Assembly: GCA_047495785.1 (NCBI GenBank)
Contig: JBLDXI010000009.1
Location: 3,100,001-3,164,000, forward strand
Source: Lepidodermella squamata
Lineage: Eukaryota; Animalia; Gastrotricha
Direction: 5' to 3'
Length of the DNA: 64,000 nt
Under the pieces are notes generated by a model. That model was not told where the DNA came from. It did not search any database and saw only the letters and a program-made list of their open reading frames with translations. Shown in pieces: positions 54,347 through 64,000 of the stretch. How positions within the stretch are numbered: position 1 is the first letter of the stretch; each line of letters opens with the position of its first letter. The position numbers and the translations under genes were made by a program.

Positions 54347-57300
54347 ATGTCTTTTCACGACAATCCAACGGCTTTTTTAACCGATGGGCCAAAAGGCATG
54401 TTTGTCCTGTTTGATTACTCGGTATCGCTAGTCGCTGTTATCGTCAACATTGTCGTACTTCGAAGCATTATCAACGCTAAAATCCACCTGACTGGCTACA
54501 AATTTTGCCTCGCAAGTCTTGGCGTGTCAAACCTCTACCTGTGCTGCGTGAATATCGCCATTTTCGTCGTTGAAGGAGCGCGGCTGCATAACGTCAACTC
54601 GGAGTGTTGGGGCCAGATTTTTCGGAGTCTTCAAATATCCGGCCTCATGGCTAACCTCCTGAACCTGTCCTACATGTCTTTCGATCACTTGATTGGCATT
54701 GTTTATCCCTTCATGTACTCAAAGGTTTGTTGTTGATTTTTGATGCATGCTAATTAAAATTTAATTGCCGAAAAATGTAAATAATCCTCATTTTTGCACA
54801 TACCTATGGGTATTTTTTACTTTGAAAATATCAAAAAAATATATGTTCGTGCACTCTCAGATTGGTATTAAAGCCCCTCTACTGAAGAATTTCCAGAATT
54901 TTCAAAATTAAAATTTCGAAATTTTTTATTTTTTATTGGGTAAGAAATGAATCATGGAAAAATATAGGGCGAATGCATGGGTTGATCGCAATAATCGTGA
55001 AAAATTGCGGGCGATTCATTCACCTAAGTCATTCATTCATACCTTAATGAATGACACAAAAATAAAGGGCGTTTCTTTGAACATTTAATTTTGCCTAGAA
55101 TTATAGTTTTTCGAAATGTTCGTCTTTTAATCAAATTTTCAGAAGAAAATCACTCGAATGAGGAATTGCACCCAATTTTCAAGGTAGATTTTGAATTATT
55201 TTTTTTTTGAATTTTTGAATTTTATTGAAATCGGAATTATTTGAATTGGAAAATTTGAGTTTTTACCAACTCCGAAAACTCCGAAAAGTATTTTTTACAG
55301 AATGGCGTGTGGTCTCTGATTTCGTCTTCTGATTAGGACTCGAATCGGTACAGTGGATATGAATCCATGATAAGGACGTCCGAATGCGTGGCCTCTGATT
55401 TTGGACAATAGTCAATATAGCCAATAGTCCTGATAAATAGCGGGACACGTTGTCAAGTTTCGAATGTCCTAAAATTAGACGCTCGATTCAACCCATGAGA
55501 GCTGGTCCAAGTCAGACCACAGCCCAATGCGTACAGCGTACCGAAACTTGATCAAATTTTCTTTTCTGGGTTCCGAATTAAATATTTCTGAGTTTTTTTT
55601 ATTTATTAGGTACTATTTTGAAAAAAAATCAGAAAAATCATTAATTAGTTGTTGGAATTTTCGCGACATTTCAGAGCAGAATTTCTGAAATGTCGTTACT
55701 CGTTACACGTTAAAAATATGATGATAATAATTGTTTGTAGGAAATAAAAGAAATTATACTGTAGTTATACTATGTTTTATTCCAGTGATTTTGTAATCTC
55801 TTTCGTAATTTTTTAGTTTTCGAGCAAAGTGGCTATCCGCATTGCTTTGGGACTTCTTTGGTCTGTTGCCATCCTACTCGGCTCAGCTGAACTTCCACTA
55901 ACAACAATAATGTACCTAACCGATTACCGGCAATCTAGCATCAACACTGAGATGCTCAACCCAGCAATGTCCCGCCTCGTCTCCCAAAGTGGGAAGGTCA
56001 ATTGTTCAGGCGACGCTCTCCACGGCTTCGACCCGATGACCCTATTAACCGACCCTAACTTCCAAATAAGCCATTTAGACCCTCGAATAATCATGTCACT
56101 GAAGGAAGACCTCGGCTTTCAAAACGGCGAGCCAACCTCGACAACCCTTGCTTTTTTGAACAATTTTATCAGCCAAAATTCCGAGGTGACTAACCGGCGA
56201 CGCCGCACCCCGCCGATTCTAATGAAAAACGGCCTAGTTCTATCGACAAAAGCAACGGCGAGAAATAGGTCGAAATCAACGACGAAGCAGTTTCGGACAA
56301 CGAGAAAACCGCCAGCAATTAGGCTAAAAACGTCGAAAATGTTCAAAGACGCCAGGCCGTCGTTGCGTAATAAAAATAAAGAGACAATTAAACGGATTCA
56401 AGATGCGACATCCAACAGCGCCCATCACCCTACTGTCCTGAAGCCGAATTACCCGTGTATTTTGCAAAGTGTAATCGGCGTGTTGGAGAAGAGCAAATCG
56501 GCGTCGAGAGATCAGGAAACAACGCAGTTTGAAGTTTGGTGTGGAATTTACAAAAATGCGTCCTACCTCGAGTATGCGATAATGGGCCTAACCGTGCTCT
56601 GTTTTGTCTACATCGCCGTTTGTTACGGCATGATTTTTCGCGAGATTTACTTCAAAGAAACAACCGCGAATCGGCATAATGTTAGAAAATTAGTTATGAC
56701 TACCCTTATATTGCTTGGAACTTTCTCGTTATGGTGAGTCGTTGATCTCGAAAATATGGGAATTTTTCCCGAATTTGCGCATTTCTTTATTAGCTACCTT
56801 CCATTCATGGTCTTCGAAATGGGTATGGCTCTAACTGTCCACTTTAATTTCGTCACCGAGGAGGATCTTCCAAGGCAAGTTTCTGAATATTGAGATTGTT
56901 CCCAGCTTTTTGCGTCCTCAAATTTTCAAATTATTGAAATTAAGGATGCTAGCACACACATTTTCTGAGTTTTTTTTTACGAATTTCGAATTTCATTTAT
57001 TTATCGATTTAGCTGAGCCCTGTAACGGTGGGGTTTTTTCTTCTTTCTTATATCTCGGAAGGTTCTCGATATTGCTTTCCTGCGCTGCTGATATCGGGAA
57101 AATCACGATGGCTAAACCTCATATTTTTGGTTTCCCAAGTTTTGGAATGTTGGAAAAACTCCACTGAAACATGCGAAGTACTTTGTTTTCGACCCCGTAA
57201 TAATAGATTCGCCAATTTCGTGAATGAAAGAATCCTGTTAGCTCATACTGTTTTATTATCACGCGTAGGGGGTCAGTTTACGGGCCATACTTTAGCCTGC

Positions 57301-58211
57301 AGGTCAGATATCGATTCCTATAGTGTCGATTTTACAAATCAGTGATTCTTCCAATATCGGAAGTCTCGGAAATCAACATTGAAAAATGTATGAACCTTGC
57401 TGATGATACCGGGTATGTCGCTTGAATAATGAGTGATTTTTTATCGAACGAGAAATGAATATAAGTACAAATCGCAAAAAGTTAAGTGCCAAGATGCAGT
57501 GCTGGAACTTTAATAGTGCTGGTGTAGTGTTTCGAATATATTGAAACACAGCGATAATATTTTCTCTGAAGGCCGGAGGATAACGCTCTCAAATCGACCG
57601 AATAGCAATCCAGCGATCCAATAGATCCAATTGGCCCGAATAATGAAAATGATAAAGAACTTTTGAAAAAATGGAAGACTTGAAACTCGAAATTACGTCT
57701 TTCAGAAAAAATCGATCGCTGTTATCCTTGGATCTTGGATGAATCATGAAATCTGACATTTTAGCACTAAATTTTTTATCATTTTGAACCAATTTTCGTA
57801 ATTTTGACCCAAGCATTGAAAAATTATAAAACACCTAATTTTCATTTTCTCTTTTAGATTCATGGTAGTTCACAATGTCTTCAACAGCTTCCTGATAATG
57901 TCCCCACTTTTACAACCTCTGCTGTACACTGGCCGATTATCGATAGTAAGAAGGTGCGGAATCCTCTAATTTCACCTTGCAATTTTGAATAATTATTACA
58001 ATATTTTTCGCGCTATTTTAGGCAAATTCTTGTCGACGCGCGTGAAACGTGCCGGTGGTGCTGTTCATGTTTCCAGCGGTTGAGCGCCGAGAAGTCGGAA
58101 GAGCGCCGGCGGAGTAGTGCGCTGTTGTTCTCTAAAAAGTCTGTCGAGTACGTAGCCGGTGCTAGAAATTTGTGCGGCGATGGCGAAAGCTCTGTCCGCG
58201 ATTCTTTGTGA
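54347..58211 (+). CDS. Class A GPCR paralog 9 (large basic ECL2; one GC-AG intron)
   Basis: Exons ~54347-54723, 55817-56733, 56794-56874, 57858-57953, 58022-58211. Motifs SLGVSNL, MSFDHLIGIVYP, VWC, CYLP, QPLLY. Confidence 0.92.
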
Positions 58212-58802
58212 CGACAAAAAATTATATTACACGCGCACGTCATGCCGCCGATATCTAGGTCATGTCGCATTAAATGCTTTCTAATTATCACGTGAAATAA
58301 GGTTTTCAATTCAATAAAATTTCTGAACAAATTCACGATACATGACCGATGTGAGTTAAAAACAGCCATGTCTCTGAATTATTTGTGTATCGAAAGACAC
58401 ACTGGCTGTATCGAAAATGGCAAAGACTACGACTTACAAGGAAGGGGCTTCTCTCTTCAATCCGACACTATTAATTCTTCGCTTTATAAATGAGTTCTGG
58501 AACGATTTTATTGAACTCTTATTTCCTGAGGAAAAACGATTATGGGAAAGGATAATAGATTATTTTCGAATGGAATGCATATATGGCAAATTCTTTCCAT
58601 TCACTCAACTTTGTCGAATTGTCACTGCTAATTATCCGTATTTTAACGGACTGACGATCAGGTGACGGCGTCTCTGTCGGGGCTAAGTTTTTTGTACGAA
58701 TTCGGACTGAGACAAATACGAGTATCTGACCGATTCGATAACATTTTCGATTTTTCGCTTCACGAGGCAGACATCTTTTTTAACAGTAAATAGTAAATTA
58801 CT

Positions 58803-59204
58803 TTTTCTGATAGTAAATTACTTTTTCCGCCGTAAACACTTTTTTCGACCCCAATGCTCGTTTTGCGTTTTATTTGAAGCGTTTCACACTGTTCATTTAT
58901 GTGTTAAATTGTAGGAATATTTCCTTTTTTATTATTTGAATGGATGATTAAACAAGACAGGCGGGTTGAGGGGCAAAATTGCCAATTTGCCACAATTTAA
59001 AGTGTACTAGAATTGGAGGTCATCAGTCCTTTATCCTATCAAGAATATAATGTAGACTAATCGCAATAATTCCTGCTCTATTAAACAATATATAAACAGT
59101 TTGAAACGCTAAATCAAGGGCAAAGGGAAAATACCGCCAGAAAAATGTAGGTAACGCCGAAGAAATGTTTACACTCGCGGAAAAAGTAATTTACTATCGG
59201 AAAA
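58803..59204. mobile_element. Inverted-repeat bounded element (~400 bp)
   Basis: TTTTCTGATAGTAAATTACTTTTTCCGCCGTAAACA pairs with TGTTTACACTCGCGGAAAAAGTAATTTACTATCGGAAAA. Confidence 0.6.
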
Positions 59205-59316
59205 TTATTATTTCATTGCCCTGGCGCGATTTTACTATTATCTTACTCTATTGTTACCTAAATACGTCTTCTTTAATTTTTGATAGTTATCCTTTTGAAT
59301 TTAAGGAAAAAATATA

Positions 59317-59668
59317 CCGTAATTTTTAGTATAACCAACTAATAAAGGCCGCACTCGTTCAATCACCGCACGGTTCAAGCGCTCTCAACGACCTAAAGCC
59401 GCCCCCTGACACCCTTTATAGACTCCAGGCACCCTCTCAAGTATGCTAACAGATTAAATTCACCTTAGGCGAGTCGGAAATTGACCCAATATTATGTGAT
59501 CCCTGTTTACTGCAAGCTAATTTTTAGGGGAAATACCATACTGCATATTAAAATTGAAACTTGGGAAAATTAAGGGCCGCACTCGATTAAAGACCGCACC
59601 CGCAATTTTGACCCATTCTCGAAAAACAGGAAAATTACTCGCCGCGGCCTTTATACTGAAAATTACGG
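59317..59668. mobile_element. Tc1/mariner/pogo-type MITE flanked by TA
   Basis: TA|CCGTAATTTTTAGTATAA...TAAAGGCCGC pairs with GCGGCCTTTATACTGAAAATTACGG|TA. An internal subterminal repeat GGCCGCACTCG occurs twice. Confidence 0.75.
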
Positions 59669-61509
59669 TAATATTTCATTTTACCCTGATTTCTTTTTTT
59701 TGCGATCAGAAGCAAGCTAATTAAACCATATCAATTAACTCGCGAGTTGACAATTATAATTGAATTCGGCCAAACACCACACCTACAACATTAGGTGTCA
59801 GTAGGTTCTAAGACAACTTCATATTTAAGCTTTTGCTTCGTTTTATATAAGTGAAGCTGTTCATGCATATGATATTCACGTCATTTTGCTGTTCATTCCC
59901 GTAAAGAAATTGAATTTCCGATATCTTGGCATTTACAGAGTCCAGATCCCTAACCCTAACCCTAACCCTAGAATCTAACATTTACGCAGTATTTGTTCCA
60001 TAATAGTAGCTAATAATCGCCATCAATAATAGTATCCCAGCGTCGAGGGGTCAAGTCGGTTCGAAAGCATAAAAAATGAACAATCCGCCAACAAATTGAT
60101 TATCAATTTTTTCAAAATTTCGAGGTTGAAATTTTAGTAGCCCAGCCTGTTATATAGGAAAAAATACGGTATTTACGAGCCGCAAAAATCGCGTGAATAT
60201 CAAATTTACGGGCGGCTATTCCGTTATTTTGTTATATAGCTCAGAAAATAGTTTATTACCATAAATAGGGCACGATAATTCGCATGACTTGAGCTGTTTT
60301 TAAAATCGATTAAAGTTTAGATAGCATCATCATCCTATTTAAAATATGGCAAAGAGCGGTTTCTTCCTAGATACTCTATCGAGTTTTGGCTGATTGCGAG
60401 GCATATAATCGATTGAAACTCGGAAATTAAATTTTTATTAGGTAGAGTCATATAACCGATTCACGAGATTAATCCTAATAATATAGAGCTCTTCATCTCT
60501 GAAAATGTTCAGTCTTAACAGCCGCTCTTCACCTTTAATTCTCTCGCTTCAAAAGCTAATTGAGATTCTCCCACATTTTTAATCCTTTGAAAATGTCTGA
60601 AAAATTCTAGGATTGTCAATCTTCTTTAGCTTAGCACAAGCGTCAAGCGTCGTCTCAAGTGAATGAGGCCGATTTCAATCGAAAAATCGATTCCGAAACA
60701 GCGCATAAATGTTAAAATTATGCGCGACGCTTCAAGCTCTAAAAGTGACATATGACACGCACCTGAATTCATTGAATTATTTATAATGCGAATTTTAAAA
60801 GGCTATAAAGCATCATCAGCTCTTCCACTGATTCATCGCTTGCTTTTATTAGTCCTCAGCTTTTTTATCACCCGAGCACTAATATGGGGATAGCAATGTG
60901 ATTTTAGGACGCTGTTGTCAGCTCTCAAATCTCATGGGGTTTCCATTCTTGTGTGTTGTGATAAAATTTATTCACTTCAATGTAATCTGAATAGAAGACA
61001 GCAGCTACTTGATCAGTGCTTCGCTATAGGTTGATCATTTCGAAATAGAGAGTATTTTTCGATCGGAACTGTCAATCAACGCCGCTTGTCTGTCGAAAAA
61101 AGTCAATCTAATAAATAAACCCCCTACTGTAATTCAGTATCTCAGACGTTGAGACGTACCTTAAGATAACGGGCCCGGTCAATTAGGCAATCATTTGAAA
61201 AAGGTCCATAGTACGAGCGCATTTATTAGTACCTATATCTGCCTCAAATTTGCGATGAAACGCCCTCCTTCTTGTGGGATAATACACGATAAAGCGATAA
61301 GTGCCCCGTCATTTTCTAAATTCGGTGATCATAACCAAGACAAAGCCTCAGATAATTAGTCACATAATCCGGGGACAAGCGCAGTATAATAACCGCCCCT
61401 GTGATGTAATGTACTTGTAGGTGCGTGTCATTTTATTCTTAGCAATTTTTTCGACGTTTTTCAAGACATATTTTTTTTCAAAAAAAAACATTGCGTTTTT
61501 CAGCAAAAA

Positions 61510-61735
61510 GCTGATTAGGAGCTGGGATTAGGGGTTAGGATTCTAAGGCCGAGTTTTAAGATTTTTACAAAGTTTGATTTTCAATGAAAGATTTTGTCCC
61601 AATTTTTCAAGTGTGACCTTATTTGCCCATAATTATGTGTTACTTTTTATGTATGCATTTGAACACAGATTTTTCAGTACTAACCCTAACCTTAACCCTA
61701 ACCCTAACCCTAACCCTGATCCTAATCCTAGCGAG
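61510..61735. repeat. Inverted pair of telomere-like tracts (TTAGG-type left, CCCTAA-type right)
   Basis: GATTAGGAGCTGGGATTAGGGGTTAGG ... CCTAACCCTAACCCTGATCCTAATCC. Another short (CCCTAA)4 lies at 59948-59971. Confidence 0.7.
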
Positions 61736-61941
61736 AAAAACCTCATTAAAAACAAATTTTAATTTAGAAAATATACACATAATTATATACAAATAGGCAC
61801 TTCGTCTCCAGTGAATTTCTTCAGCAAATTTTCTTGCCCATCCACATCATTGACCTTGCGCGTGATTCCCACTTGTTTTTTGAATAACTCGGGACTTATT
61901 TTTTAGCAGGAAAAAATCGATATTTAATCAAATTTTAACAG

Positions 61942-64000
61942 CACTGACTTGCCCGGCGAAGTCACATCATGCATCCGCGTGTATCCTCCCGAATGGATTA
62001 GGGCGTCGGCTATGATGACCCTGTTCGGCACTAAAGGAAATTTCGTCATTTTCGACGCTATCATCTCCGTTGCCGCCCTAATTGCCCATTGCCTAATTAT
62101 CGGCCCAACTCTACGCTGCAAATTGCGACTCATCGGCTACCGGCGGCTGCTTATCAATCTTACCATCGCCGATATTTGGGCTAGTACCGTGAATTTAGCC
62201 TTTTTAGCCTACCAGCTTGGTAATGAGTACAAGCCTGATTTGGTTCCTTACCAGAAGTGCGGCGCTAATTTACTGCGCAGCCTTCAGCTCACTGCCTACT
62301 GCATTAACCTATTCATTTTAATCGGCATGAGCTTCGATCAATTTGTTGGCCTGTCTTACCCGATGAGATACTCATACGTAAGTGATGAACTGCATAAGTG
62401 TAACCATCACTTGTTGATTGTTTCTTTCCCACAGCTTCTCAACACTCCATTGGCTAAATCATTGCCTTATGTCGCGTGGTTCATATCGCTTTGCATAGGT
62501 ATGCATATCACAATCCCAAGAATAGTCAAATTCCGAAGACTCGAAGACTGAAAAAATTACAAAATCCTCGGAATTAGCTACTTTCGAAAGTTTCATCTTT
62601 CAAAATTTTCAATGGAAAATTCAAGTTTTAGGATACAACATTTCCTTCCGATGGGCTTTTCAAGATTCTATTCCTCTCCCCTGAATCTCAATTTTTCTGT
62701 GTTAATGCCTAACCAGTAATTAATCTCAATATTGCACGCATTTTTCGGCATCAGCACGCATTTTTCAGCGGTAATTTTATGAGTAATACTCATCGATATC
62801 GATTTTTGGTATCGATTTTACAAATCAGCGATATTTCCAATATCACCGCCGAAATTGAGGTCCCATTATTATAAATTTTCTTATTTTTCACAATTTCCAC
62901 TCCAGTTTCCTAGCACCCTATGCATGTCGGAGAATTTTAGAGGTAAGCTTATTGGATAGCTGAAATTAAAAAAGCAAGGATTTGTAAACTCAATAATGAA
63001 AATCGATATCGGTTATAACTTGCGAATACCGTCGATAGCCCAAAATATCGAATGCCGAAAATTTTTGATAAACACGATAATGAAAATGCCTGTTGAACGT
63101 GATGGCAGACAAATCTTTAGGAATCAAAATTTTTTTTAAATTAAAAAAGAATAAAAAATAAATCAACTTTATTGGTTTAATCATGTATTTGAACCTTAGG
63201 CATTGTTTTGACCATAATTGCTCATTTCTTTTTTTGGGTAACCATTATTGTTGACTTTTTTATAGCATTTGCTGGATATCCAATAAATGCCCTTAGCTAT
63301 TTTGCCGCAAATGGGGAAAATGTCGACTTTCGAGGTAGGTTCCATTTTCAGAGATAGAACTTGGTAGAACTTGAACCTTATTTTCCATCTCTGTATTCAG
63401 AAACTATGATCGAAAATGGACTCGACGTTAGAGAACAGCGCTTTCGAACTTTAATCGGACTACAGCAAGATTCTGGCAAAATGAGCTTGCCAAAACTGCC
63501 GTTAAACTTATCAGCCGCAGACTTATTGGATCACTTGGCCCCAGATAACAAACGGCGAGAATTCTGCGACTTCAACCTTCAGAGTAAAATTATGCAAGAA
63601 TGCTTCGTCATGCTGCTGACTGGCATCAGCTTCCTGATATTGCCGGTTACGAGCGGCATAACGATCCGCAAAATTCGAAACCATTTAGGAGCACTACAAC
63701 AAAGTACATCGAAGCTTTTCGTAACTACGTTCCTGCTCATTGGATGCTTCATTTTATGGTAAGAATTTCTGTGGTTTCAAAATTCTCTATAATTTTGTTC
63801 TCAATTTCAGTTGGGTGCCCTGTAAGTTTAGGCCTGATCACGTTTTCATGACAGAATTGTTTTCCTTTACAGTTATCGTTTTCGAATTTGGCCTGCTCAT
63901 AAGTTATAGTTCTAAGAGTGGAGACGGCTCGAAATGGCCACTCGACAAACTTCTTCCTTTCCAGAACTTTCTTCACTCGCTCAACATGTGTTACCCTCTA
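61942..64000 (+). CDS. Class A GPCR paralog 10 (most divergent, shorter ECL2), 3'-truncated by window edge
   Basis: Exons ~61942/62012-62377, 62434-62498, 63266-63334, 63401-63758, 63811-63821 (11-nt microexon), 63873-end. Motifs GTKGNF, NLTIADI, MSFDQFVGLSYP, EFC, CWVP. Confidence 0.85.

Noticed and set aside
15362-58369. Many antisense ORFs over GPCR exons
   Set aside because: Shadow ORFs of GC-richer coding exons with no recognisable motifs.
1-64000. CRISPR arrays, rRNA/tRNA genes, intact transposase or reverse transcriptase ORFs
   Set aside because: None recognisable by eye; the sequence is eukaryotic and spliced, and no regular repeat-spacer pattern is present.

Overview
AT-rich, intron-dense eukaryotic DNA from an invertebrate. 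Many introns are 50-60 nt with TTTCAG-type acceptors, which looks nematode-like, but the organism cannot be fixed from sequence. The window opens with the 3' part of an M13 (neprilysin-family) metallopeptidase and a convergent cytochrome P450 whose I-helix and heme motifs look like fungal GliC-type enzymes rather than animal CYP clans. From about 7.6 kb to the end is a head-to-tail array of ten paralogous class A 7TM receptor genes, all on the + strand, with one signal-CUB-SEA-like-TM gene between the 5th and 6th. The receptors share an unusual design: a short N-terminus with a GPKG motif, DH(F/L) in place of DRY, and DPxxY or QPxxY in place of NPxxY. Extracellular loop 2 is very long (about 85-245 aa) and hypervariable. 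In 8 paralogs it is flanked by an extra Cys pair, and in several it carries basic convertase-like sites. Introns and intergenic DNA hold several MITE/foldback families, some with TTAGGG-like cores, and a long (TTTCC)n tract. All gene models were spliced by hand, so exon boundaries may be off by a few bases.
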